From positions 72,397 through 136,396 of the forward strand of contig CAWEHB010000001.1 in assembly GCA_963808705.1 (NCBI GenBank): 64,000 bases of DNA, in the 5' to 3' direction. The notes beneath the pieces were generated by a model. That model did no database searches, had not been told where the DNA came from, and worked only from the letters and a program-made list of their open reading frames with translations. Positions 8,633 through 16,994 of the stretch are shown here, one piece after another. Position 1 is the stretch's first letter. The number at the start of each line of letters is the position of its first letter. The position numbers and the translations under genes are program-made. This DNA is from an uncultured Actinomycetota bacterium (GTDB lineage Bacteria; Actinomycetota; Actinomycetes; Streptosporangiales; Streptosporangiaceae).

Positions 8633-9038
8633 CGACCTCGGCCCAGTTCTTCTCGGTCTCCCACACGCGGACCGACCGCAGCAGCCCGTCCGGGAACTCC
8701 GGCCGTAGCCGGTCCCAGAAGACCAGGGCCAGGTTCTCGGCGGTCGGGATGCGCCCGTCGAGCCACGGGACATCGGTGTTCAGGTTGCGATGATCCACAT
8801 CCCGGATGATCTGCCGGCCGATGACGTCCGAGAGCACCTTCAGGTCAAGGACATAGCCGCTGGACTCGTCGACCCGGCCGGCCACGACGACTTCCAGGAC
8901 GTAGTTGTGCCCGTGCAGGTTGGTGCACTTACCGAAAAGGCGCTGGTTCTCGGCTTCTGACAGCTGCGGGTCACGCAACTGGTGCGCGGCATTGAACGAT
9001 TCGCGTCGGGCTATTCGCACAGTCGCCGGGCCGGTCAT
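8619..9038 (-). CDS. 6-pyruvoyl-tetrahydropterin synthase (PTPS-I type; QueD superfamily)
   Basis: MTGPATVRIARRESFNAAHQLRDPQLSEAENQRLFGKCTNLHGHNYVLEVVV. The LxxPxLSxxENxxxFGKC..HGHNY signature matches eukaryote/cyanobacterial-type PTPS better than E. coli QueD. The ATG at 9038 has an AAGGG upstream. Confidence 0.85.
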   Translation of the reverse strand: MTGPATVRIARRESFNAAHQLRDPQLSEAENQRLFGKCTNLHGHNYVLEVVVAGRVDESSGYVLDLKVLSDVIGRQIIRDVDHRNLNTDVPWLDGRIPTAENLALVFWDRLRPEFPDGLLRSVRVWETEKNWAEVGDHV

Positions 9039-9350
9039 GACTGAACCCTTTTCGTCCGCCGATCTCAGCTCTCCGACCATAGCAGTGCCCGCATTAGCCG
9101 ACGCCGGCGGCGAGCACACCGTCATCCTGACGATGACGACCACGGCGACCAACAGGGTACCCAGCGCGTAGCCGCCCAGGACGTCGGTCAGCCAGTGGGC
9201 GCCGAGGTAGATGCGTGAGGCGCCCACGGCCAGGATCACCAGCGCGGCCGCGCTCCACAGGGCGGTCTTGGCCCGGGCGGTCCGCCCGGCGCCCAGCGTC
9301 CCGCGGTCAAGACGCCGCCTGCCCCATGCCACCGGTTCCACGTCGTTCAA
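9039..9350 (-). pseudogene. Possible relic of a PAP2-family phosphatase (C-terminal fragment only), reading in frame into the PTPS gene
   Basis: Only the third PAP2 motif is present (SRIYLGAHWLTDVLGG), followed by one TM helix. It would start at a TTG. No KxxxxxxRP or PSGH motifs were found upstream in any frame. Confidence 0.3.
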
Positions 9351-9468
9351 CCCTACGGGCCCATTGACCGCAAGTGACCTGGCGGCTAGCGATCGGCGAC
9401 TCCGCCCGCGGCGCGATCACCCGCGATGGATGAACCGTGGCCCCGGGTGTCCTTGTTTCAATGGCCGC

Positions 9469-9576
9469 ATGGTGATTTTCGGCTTCGGCCGGGACCAGTC
9501 GGACGACCAGGGCGTGCTATCCGACGCCCACTATGAGGCAGCCAAGCGGCGCCTGCTCGAACGGAAGCCGCCGTGA
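9469..9576 (+). CDS. Possible 35-aa small ORF translationally coupled (GTGA) to the UbiB-family gene
   Basis: MVIFGFGRDQSDDQGVLSDAHYEAAKRRLLERKPP. GC3 is high across the ORF, and its stop overlaps the GTG start at 9573. No homology is known to me. Confidence 0.25.
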   Translation: MVIFGFGRDQSDDQGVLSDAHYEAAKRRLLERKPP

Positions 9577-11555
9577 GCGGGATCGTTTTCGCGGCGGTCG
9601 TGCTGGTCACCAGCGTGGTGCTGGTCGCCGGCCTGGCGTGGGTGGCGCGGCGGGCGGTCGGGCTGCCGGTGGGGGCGCTGCGGGCCCTGATCGCGGGCTT
9701 GCTCGGCTACGCCGCCGCCCTGGGGCTCGGCGCGCTGCTGCGGGCGGCCCAGCCCGGGCATCCGGCCGCGTTCATCACCGTGGCGCTCGGCGTTCCGCTG
9801 ATCGTCGCGATGATCTTCATCGTGGCGGCCGAGGTGCTGGTGCCGAGCGGGACGGCGCCGCAGCCCGTCGGCCTGATCCGCAGCGCGCGGCGCGCGCTCG
9901 CCCGCTCGCGGCGTTATTCACAGATCACCCGGATCGCGGTGCAGCACGGGCTAGGCCCTTACTTGCGCGGGCGGCGGCTGAACCCCGCGGACGCGGCCGG
10001 CGGGCGGGCCGCGGTCGCGTCGTCGCTGCGCAGTGCGCTGGAAGCGGGCGGGGTGACGTTCACCAAGCTGGGCCAGCTGCTGTCCACTCGCCGTGATCTG
10101 CTCCCCGAGGAGTTCATCACCGAACTCGCCCGGCTGCAGGACCGGGCCGAGCCCGCGCCGTGGGAGCAGGTCGAGGAGGTGCTGGCTCAGTCGCTCGGGG
10201 TGCCGGTGGCTCAGGTCTTCGCGGAGCTGGAGCCGGAGCCGGCCGCGGCCGCATCGATCGCCCAGGTGCACAAGGCCCGGCTGCGCTGCGGCGACGGCGC
10301 GGGTGCCGTGGTGGCCGTGAAGGTGCAGCGCCCGGGAATCCGGGCCACGGTGGAACAGGACCTGGACATCCTGCAGCGTATGGCGGCCACGCTCGAGAAG
10401 CGCGCCCAATGGGCGCGCGCGGTCGGCGCGGCCGGCGTGGCCCGCGGTTTCGCCGCCGCCATGCGGGAGGAACTCGACTTCCGGGTGGAGGCCAGCAACA
10501 TGGCCGTCATCGCGGCCACCTGGCCGGCCCAGCAACGCGCCGTGGGCGGCGGCGTCACCGTGGTGATGCCCGCCCTGCACGACGAGCTGAGCACGGAGCA
10601 CGTGCTGGTCATCGAGTGGCTGGACGGGGTCAGCCTGCGCGCCGCGGCGCAGCTGATCGATGACCGCGGGCTCGACCGGGCCGAGCTGACCAGTGCGCTG
10701 CTGCGCAGCGTGGTGTACCAGATCACCGAGGGCGGGGCGTACCACGCCGACCCGCATCCGGGCAACGTCCTGCTGCTCACCGACGGACGCCTGGCCCTGC
10801 TGGACTTCGGGTCGGTCGGCCGCCTCGACGCCCAGCAGCGGGCCGCGCTGCAGAACTTGCTGCTCGCCGTCGGGCGCGGCGACCCCGCGGCGCTCCGCGA
10901 TGCGCTGCTGGAACTGGTTACCCGCACGACGGACATCGACGAGCAGCAGCTGGAGCGGGCCCTCGGCCAGTTCATGGCGCGCCACCTCGCGGTTGGCCTC
11001 CCGCCGTCGGCTGAGATCTTCACCGACCTGTTCCGCCTGGCTTCCCGGTTCGAGCTGTCCATCCCGCCGGAGATCGGCACCGTGCTGCGCGCCCTCGCCA
11101 CGCTGGAGGGCACGCTCACCGTGCTGGAGCCTGACTTTGACATCGTCACGGAAGCGCGCCGGTACGCGGCCACCCACGTGACCGCGCAGCTGACGCCGAA
11201 GACCGTGCAGAAGACCGCCACCGACGAGCTGCTCGCGCTGGTTCCCGTGCTGCGCCGGCTGCCGCGCCGGCTCGACCGCATCAGCGGGGCGCTGGAACAG
11301 GGCAGGCTCGGCCTCAACGTGCGGCTGTTCGCCGACGAACGGGACCGGCGGGTGGTCACCGGCCTGACCAACCAGTTCCTGCTGACGTTCCTCGGCGCGG
11401 CCACCGGCATCATCGCCGCCCTGCTGCTGGGCATATCCGGGGGTCCCAAGATCGCCTCGGAGGTCAGCCTCGCTCAGCTGATCGGCTACAACCTGCTCGT
11501 CGTGGCCGCCGTCCTCGTCCTGCGCGTGCTCTTCGTGATCTTCAGGAACCGGTGA
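9573..11555 (+). CDS. ABC1/UbiB-family atypical protein kinase with C-terminal TM helices
   Basis: FTKLGQLLSTRRDLLPEEFITELARLQDRAEP and AAASIAQVHKARL...VAVKVQRPGI are ABC1/UbiB signatures. Confidence 0.9.
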   Translation: MSGIVFAAVVLVTSVVLVAGLAWVARRAVGLPVGALRALIAGLLGYAAALGLGALLRAAQPGHPAAFITVALGVPLIVAMIFIVAAEVLVPSGTAPQPVGLIRSARRALARSRRYSQITRIAVQHGLGPYLRGRRLNPADAAGGRAAVASSLRSALEAGGVTFTKLGQLLSTRRDLLPEEFITELARLQDRAEPAPWEQVEEVLAQSLGVPVAQVFAELEPEPAAAASIAQVHKARLRCGDGAGAVVAVKVQRPGIRATVEQDLDILQRMAATLEKRAQWARAVGAAGVARGFAAAMREELDFRVEASNMAVIAATWPAQQRAVGGGVTVVMPALHDELSTEHVLVIEWLDGVSLRAAAQLIDDRGLDRAELTSALLRSVVYQITEGGAYHADPHPGNVLLLTDGRLALLDFGSVGRLDAQQRAALQNLLLAVGRGDPAALRDALLELVTRTTDIDEQQLERALGQFMARHLAVGLPPSAEIFTDLFRLASRFELSIPPEIGTVLRALATLEGTLTVLEPDFDIVTEARRYAATHVTAQLTPKTVQKTATDELLALVPVLRRLPRRLDRISGALEQGRLGLNVRLFADERDRRVVTGLTNQFLLTFLGAATGIIAALLLGISGGPKIASEVSLAQLIGYNLLVVAAVLVLRVLFVIFRNR

Positions 11556-11666
11556 GCGCCGGAGCCGGGCCGGGAGGTCGTGATCTTTTCTCGGGCCAGC
11601 CCGCCCCGTAGGGTATTCATGGCGCCGGGCGGGTGGCCGGTAAGTTCCGAAAGGAAGTTGGCCGGC

Positions 11667-14114
11667 ATGGTCGAGGACACGGTAAAGAGCACGGGCTCTC
11701 TTCCCGAGCCGCATCCCCTGCGCGGCTGGCGCTCGGTGTTTTTCGCCCCCGTCGGCGACGGGCAGCGGCGGCGGCGCGGAAGCGACGGAGCGCGGCTGGT
11801 CGGCGCCATCCTCGCCCTGGCGGCCTGCCTCATCACCATCCACTTCAACTCGCGCATCGACCAGGCCATCGTCCAGGTCATCCACCCGCCGCCGCGGAGC
11901 ATCACGTGGCTGGTGACGGTGGTCTACGAGGCCGGCTCATTCGGCGTCATCATCGTCCTGGTGGGGCTGGCCCTGCTCGCGCGCCGCTGGGATGTCGCGC
12001 GCGATCTCGCGCTGAGCGCCGCCGGCACGGCCGCGGCGAGCGGGATCCTCATCGCATTGATCGGGCGCAACGGCGGCAGGCCGAGCGGAATCGTCATCCA
12101 CGGCTACTTCCTGAGTTTTCCCGTGCTGCAGATCGCCCTGTTCATGGCGGTCGCGACCGCCGCGCTGCCCTACCTGGCGCGCGGCGTGCAGCGCCTCATC
12201 GAGATCTTCATCGGCCTGGTGGCCCTGGCCTGCGCGGTCGGGGGTCACGGGCTGCCGCTCAACGTCCTCGGCAGCCTGGCCATCGGCTGGGGCGTGACGG
12301 CCCTGGTCCGGCTCGTCTTCGGCTCGCCGCTCGGCCTGCCGTCCACCGATGACGTGCAACTGCTGCTCGACGAGCTCGGCGTCCGCGCCGGCCGCGTGCA
12401 CCCGGCGTCACGGCAGGTCTGGGGGGTGGCTAAGTACGAGGCCACCGAGATCGGCCCGGACGGCTCGTCCGGCCCGCGCCTCCGGGTCGAGGTCTACGGC
12501 CGGGATGCCGCCGACGCCAAGCTCCTCACCAAGGCCGGCCGGTTCCTGCTCTACCGGGACTCCGGGCCGAGCCTGACGTTCACCCGGCTGCAGCAGGTCG
12601 AGCACGAGGCCTTCCTCACCGTGCGGGCGGGCCAGGCGGGCGTGTCCGTGCCCGAGATCCTCGAGGCGGGAACCGCGGGACCGTCGAAGGACGCGCTGCT
12701 CGCCTACCGCTGGCCGGCCGGGACGACGCTGTCCGAGGCCGACGCCGACGACGTCAGCGACGCCCGCCTGGACGAGCTCTACCGCCAGATGCTGACGCTG
12801 CGGAAGGCCCGCATCGCGCACGGCGCGATCAGCGGTGACGCGCTGCTGGTCGGCCCGGGCACGGAGGCCGTCGTCGTGACGGACTTCCGCAACGCCGTGT
12901 CGAATGCCGGGCCGGATCAGCTCGACCGGGACCTGGCCGGCGGGTTGGCCGCGACGGCGGTGGTGGTCGGCGCCGATCGGGCCGCGGCGGCCGCGGCCCG
13001 GAACCTGGAGCCCGAGGTGCTGGAGGGCGCCCTGCGGCATCTGGTCCGCGCCGGGCTCGACCCCGCGCTCATCCGGGACCTGCGCGGCAAGCGCGGGCTC
13101 CTGGAGGAGGTCCGCCAGCGCGCCGCGGAAGCCAAGTCGATCGAGGCGCCCAAGCTGGCGGAACCCCGCCGGGTGAGCTGGCCGACACTGATCATGATCG
13201 TCGGCACGCTCATCGGCGGCTGGGCCCTGATCGGGGTGCTCATCGACGTCTCCAAGTCCTTCGACACCGTGATCGGGGCGGACTGGCTCTGGGTCATCCT
13301 GGCGTTCGTGCTGGCCCAGCTGGCCTACGTGGCCTCGGCCGTGGAGAGCATCGGCAGCGTGGCCGGGCCGCTCCCGTTCGGGCGGACGCTGGCGGTCGAG
13401 GTCGCCAACACGTTCAGCTCCCTGGCCGGCGGGACCCCGGCCGTCTTCGCCACCCGGGTGCGCTTCTACCAGCAGCAGGGCTACGACGCCACGGTGGCCC
13501 TGAGCTCGGGCGCCATCATGTCCGCCGTCAGCTGGATCGCCATCGCGGTGCTGTTCGCCGTCTCGCTGCCGTTCGCCTGGGGGTCGATCCACCTCGAGGT
13601 CACCCCCGAGTCGGGAGACGACTCGAAGCTGGTATGGGTCATCCTGGCCGTCGTGGTGCTGGTCGCCCTGGTGATCGGCGTGGCCCTGGCCGTGCCCCGG
13701 CTGCGCCGGCTGGCGGTCGCGAAGGTGCGCCCCCGGATCAACGACATCTGGGGCAACCTCAGGCAGGTCGCCACCTCCCCGGGCAAGCTGGTGCTGCTGG
13801 TGGGCGGCTCGTTTGCGCAGAGACTGTTCGTGGCGATGGCCCTGTCCGTCTCGCTGCGGGCCTTCGACGACCATCTGCGGCTGCCCATCCTGATCGTGGT
13901 CATCACCCTGGCCGGGATCATCGGGGGCATCTCGCCGGCGCCCGGCGGCCTGGGGGTGGTGGAGGCGGGCATGATCCTCGGCCTCACCGCGGCCGGCGTC
14001 TCGGAGGCCGACGCCACCGCCGCGGTCTTCATCCAGCGCCTGTTCACCTCGTACCTGCCGCCCATCTGGGGCTGGATCACGCTCGTCTGGGCGCGGCGGA
14101 GAGAGTACCTGTGA
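11667..14114 (+). CDS. Large integral membrane protein. It has an N-terminal TM bundle, a central soluble kinase-like region and a C-terminal LPG-synthase-TM/flippase-like domain.
   Basis: ATG at 11667 with a GAAAGGAAG upstream. The C-terminal 330 aa are typical of the TIGR00374/LPG_synthase_TM family (..ISPAPGGLGVVEAG..). Confidence 0.8.
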   Translation: MVEDTVKSTGSLPEPHPLRGWRSVFFAPVGDGQRRRRGSDGARLVGAILALAACLITIHFNSRIDQAIVQVIHPPPRSITWLVTVVYEAGSFGVIIVLVGLALLARRWDVARDLALSAAGTAAASGILIALIGRNGGRPSGIVIHGYFLSFPVLQIALFMAVATAALPYLARGVQRLIEIFIGLVALACAVGGHGLPLNVLGSLAIGWGVTALVRLVFGSPLGLPSTDDVQLLLDELGVRAGRVHPASRQVWGVAKYEATEIGPDGSSGPRLRVEVYGRDAADAKLLTKAGRFLLYRDSGPSLTFTRLQQVEHEAFLTVRAGQAGVSVPEILEAGTAGPSKDALLAYRWPAGTTLSEADADDVSDARLDELYRQMLTLRKARIAHGAISGDALLVGPGTEAVVVTDFRNAVSNAGPDQLDRDLAGGLAATAVVVGADRAAAAAARNLEPEVLEGALRHLVRAGLDPALIRDLRGKRGLLEEVRQRAAEAKSIEAPKLAEPRRVSWPTLIMIVGTLIGGWALIGVLIDVSKSFDTVIGADWLWVILAFVLAQLAYVASAVESIGSVAGPLPFGRTLAVEVANTFSSLAGGTPAVFATRVRFYQQQGYDATVALSSGAIMSAVSWIAIAVLFAVSLPFAWGSIHLEVTPESGDDSKLVWVILAVVVLVALVIGVALAVPRLRRLAVAKVRPRINDIWGNLRQVATSPGKLVLLVGGSFAQRLFVAMALSVSLRAFDDHLRLPILIVVITLAGIIGGISPAPGGLGVVEAGMILGLTAAGVSEADATAAVFIQRLFTSYLPPIWGWITLVWARRREYL

Positions 14115-14232
14115 GCATGGCCGGCGGCCGCGCGGCTTCCTGACCGATTCCCCGATCCAGGCCGACCGGGCGCGGGCTGATTTACGCTTCGGGATAGCCA
14201 AGGTTACGGAAACGACACCACAGGATGGCCAG

Positions 14233-15696
14233 ATGGCGACGTCGGTTAGCTCGCGGGAAGAAGCCGCACCGTTCGCGTCCGCATGGCGGCGCGCGCACCT
14301 GACCGTGGCTGAGCGCAAGGCCCGGGGCCTGGCGGCCCGCAAGGATGCGTCCCGGTCGAGCCACGGGCGCTGGGAGCCGGCGCCGGACCGCCCGGACCCG
14401 GTGGCCCTGCTCGAGGAGCAGGCGGAGAGCCGGGTTCCCCAGCTGGTCCCGGTCCGCTACGGGCGGATGCTGGTCTCGCCGTTCACGTTCTACCGAGGCG
14501 CCGCGCTGATCATGGCGACGGACCTGGCGCCGACCCCCCGCTCCGGGGTGACCGTCCAGTTGTGCGGCGACGCGCACCTGTCGAACTTCGGCCTGTTCGG
14601 GTCGCCCGAGCGGCGGATGCTGTTCGACATCAACGACTTCGACGAGACCCTGCCCGGCCCGTGGGAGTGGGACGTCAAGCGCCTCGCGGCCAGTTTCGAG
14701 ATCATGGGACGCGACCGCGGCTTCGCCCCCGCCGACCGCCGCGCCATCGTCATGTCCGGCGTCCGGGAATACCGGGACCGGATGCGCCAGGCCGCCGGGA
14801 TGGGGACCCTGGACGCGTGGTACGACCACTTCGAAGCGGGGATGCTGCTCAACCTGGTCCGCAAGGAGGTCCAGGTCAAGCGGGTCAGCAAGGCCGAGGC
14901 CCGGGCAACCGAGCAGATGGTGGCCAAGGCGCATGCCCGCGACAGCACGCGGGTGCTGGCCCGGCGGGCGGACGAGGTCGACGGTGAGCTGAGGATCGTC
15001 GCCGACCCGCCGCTCATCATCCCGATCGAGGACCTGGTCACGCCGGGGTCGGAATGGGAGGATCCCGCTCCGCTGATCAAGAAGCTGCTCAGCTCCTACC
15101 GGCGCACGCTCGGGCAGCACCACCACCCGATCGAGGAGTTCCGCTACGCCCACGTCGCGTACAAGATGGTGGGCGTGGGCAGCGTCGGGACCCGCTGCTA
15201 CATCATGCTGATGCTGGGCCGTGACCATAAAGACCCGCTGTTCCTTCAGGTCAAGGAGGCGCAAGCGTCCGTGCTCGAGCGTTTCGCGGGCAAGAGCACC
15301 TATCCGCACCACGGCCAGCGCGTGGTCGCGGGGCAGCGGCTGATGCAGGCGGCGACCGACATCTTCCTGGGCTGGCAGCGCATCAAGGGACTCGACGGTG
15401 TCACCCGCGACTACTACGTCCGGCAGTTCCAGGACTGGAAGGGCAGCGCGGACACCGACACCATGCTCGTCCCCAGCGCCACCCTGTACTCGCGCATCTG
15501 CGCGGCCACCCTGGCCCGGGCCCACGCCCGGTGGGGCGACCGGATCGCCATTGCCTCCTACCTCGGCAAGGGCGACGCCTTCGACCGGGCCATCGCGGAC
15601 TTCTCCGCCGCCTACGCCGACCAGAACGAGCGGGATTACGCCGCGTTCGCCGAGGCCGTCAAGTCGGGGCGGCTGACCGCCCAGACCGGGCTGTAG
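14233..15696 (+). CDS. DUF2252 domain-containing protein
   Basis: LVPVRYGRMLVSPFTFYRGAALIMATDL...CGDAHLSNFGLFGSPERRMLFDINDFDET is the characteristic DUF2252 signature. Confidence 0.9.
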   Translation: MATSVSSREEAAPFASAWRRAHLTVAERKARGLAARKDASRSSHGRWEPAPDRPDPVALLEEQAESRVPQLVPVRYGRMLVSPFTFYRGAALIMATDLAPTPRSGVTVQLCGDAHLSNFGLFGSPERRMLFDINDFDETLPGPWEWDVKRLAASFEIMGRDRGFAPADRRAIVMSGVREYRDRMRQAAGMGTLDAWYDHFEAGMLLNLVRKEVQVKRVSKAEARATEQMVAKAHARDSTRVLARRADEVDGELRIVADPPLIIPIEDLVTPGSEWEDPAPLIKKLLSSYRRTLGQHHHPIEEFRYAHVAYKMVGVGSVGTRCYIMLMLGRDHKDPLFLQVKEAQASVLERFAGKSTYPHHGQRVVAGQRLMQAATDIFLGWQRIKGLDGVTRDYYVRQFQDWKGSADTDTMLVPSATLYSRICAATLARAHARWGDRIAIASYLGKGDAFDRAIADFSAAYADQNERDYAAFAEAVKSGRLTAQTGL

Positions 15697-15724
15697 GCCG
15701 GGCCGACCGTCCTGGGGCCGGCGC

Positions 15725-15771
15725 CGTCGCGGCGCCGGCGAGCACCCCCCAGGCTCGCCGGCGCCGCGACG
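15725..15771. terminator. 19-bp perfect GC-rich hairpin between convergent genes (putative bidirectional terminator)
   Basis: cgtcgcggcgccggcgagc - 9-nt loop - gctcgccggcgccgcgacg. It lies between the stops at 15696 (+) and 15788 (-). Confidence 0.5.
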
Positions 15772-15787
15772 GGTGGTGTCGAAGCGG

Positions 15788-16873
15788 TCACGGACGCGCC
15801 TCGTACACCAGGTTGAACGGGGTCTCCGCGGCCCGGCGGAACCGGGTGAAGCCGCCGGCCCCGGTCACGTCGGCGATCCTGGCCTGGCCCGCCTGCGCGC
15901 CCAGGGCCAGCCCGACGTCCTGGGAGAGCGACGCCGGGGTGCAGAGCAGGGTGGAGAACGCGTAGTAGGCGCGCCCCACCGGGTTCAGGTTCTCCTCCAC
16001 CCGGTCGCCGGCGAACGGCTCGACGATCATCCAGGTGCCGTCGGGCTTGAGCGTCCCGTGGACGTGCCGCGCCGCGCCGACCGGGTCGCCCATGTCGTGC
16101 AGGCAGTCGAACGTGGTGACCAGGTCGTACCCGGTGCCGCTGTAGGCGGCCGCCGGCCCGACCTCGAAGCGGACCCGCTCGGCCACGCCCGCCTCCTGCG
16201 CCCGGCGGCGTGCGATCTCGATCGATCCGGCGTGGTAGTCCGAGCCGACGAAGGTCGAGTTCGGGAACGCCTGGGCCATCAGGATCGTGGACGCGCCGTG
16301 GCCGCAGCCGACGTCGGCCACGACCGCCCCGCGCTCCAGCTTGGCCACGACCCCGTCCAGCGCGGGCAGCCACTCGGCGACCAGGTGCGCGTTGTACATG
16401 GTCCGGAAGAACCGCTCGCAGCCGTCAAACACGTCACTGCCGTGCTCGTGCCAGCCGAACCCGGCGCCGCTGCGGGTTACCTCGGAGATCTTCGAAGCGT
16501 CGAGCACCGAGCCCAGGGCGATCTGGAAGAACCCGGGCAGGTACGCCGGGCAGTCCGGAGCGGTGAGCGCGGCGGCCTGCTCGGGCGGCAGCGTATAGCG
16601 GCCGCTGTCCGGGTCGTAGGTGACATAGCCGCCCGCGGCCTGTGCGTTCAGCCACTCGCGCACGTAACGCTCGGCGGTGCCGGTGCGCTCCGCGAGTTCC
16701 GCGGGCGACAGCGCGCCCGCTCCGGCCAGCGCGCGGTACAGGCCGAGCTTGTCGCCCATCACCACGAGCGCGGTGTTGAGGGTCGCGCCGACCTCCTCCA
16801 CGGCGCGGAACACGAACTGCATAAGCTTGTCGCCGTCGATCTCGACGGGCTGGTCGGTGGTGGTCATGATCAT
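15788..16873 (-). CDS. Class I SAM-dependent methyltransferase with an N-terminal winged-helix dimerisation domain
   Basis: VADVGCGHGASTILMAQ (motif I), and an N-terminal MGDKLGLYRALA...SPAELAERTG region. The SD spacing favours the second ATG at 16867. Confidence 0.9.
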   Translation of the reverse strand: MIMTTTDQPVEIDGDKLMQFVFRAVEEVGATLNTALVVMGDKLGLYRALAGAGALSPAELAERTGTAERYVREWLNAQAAGGYVTYDPDSGRYTLPPEQAAALTAPDCPAYLPGFFQIALGSVLDASKISEVTRSGAGFGWHEHGSDVFDGCERFFRTMYNAHLVAEWLPALDGVVAKLERGAVVADVGCGHGASTILMAQAFPNSTFVGSDYHAGSIEIARRRAQEAGVAERVRFEVGPAAAYSGTGYDLVTTFDCLHDMGDPVGAARHVHGTLKPDGTWMIVEPFAGDRVEENLNPVGRAYYAFSTLLCTPASLSQDVGLALGAQAGQARIADVTGAGGFTRFRRAAETPFNLVYEARP

Positions 16874-16994
16874 CCTCCCCGTTCGGGTAACTCCTCGCCG
16901 CGAAGCTACGTCCGGGGCGGCCGTCCTCGCTTCCGGGGGGGCACCTAGTCTCCGGGAGCAGCGCTCCGGCTGGTATCGGGCCTAGAATCGCGTC

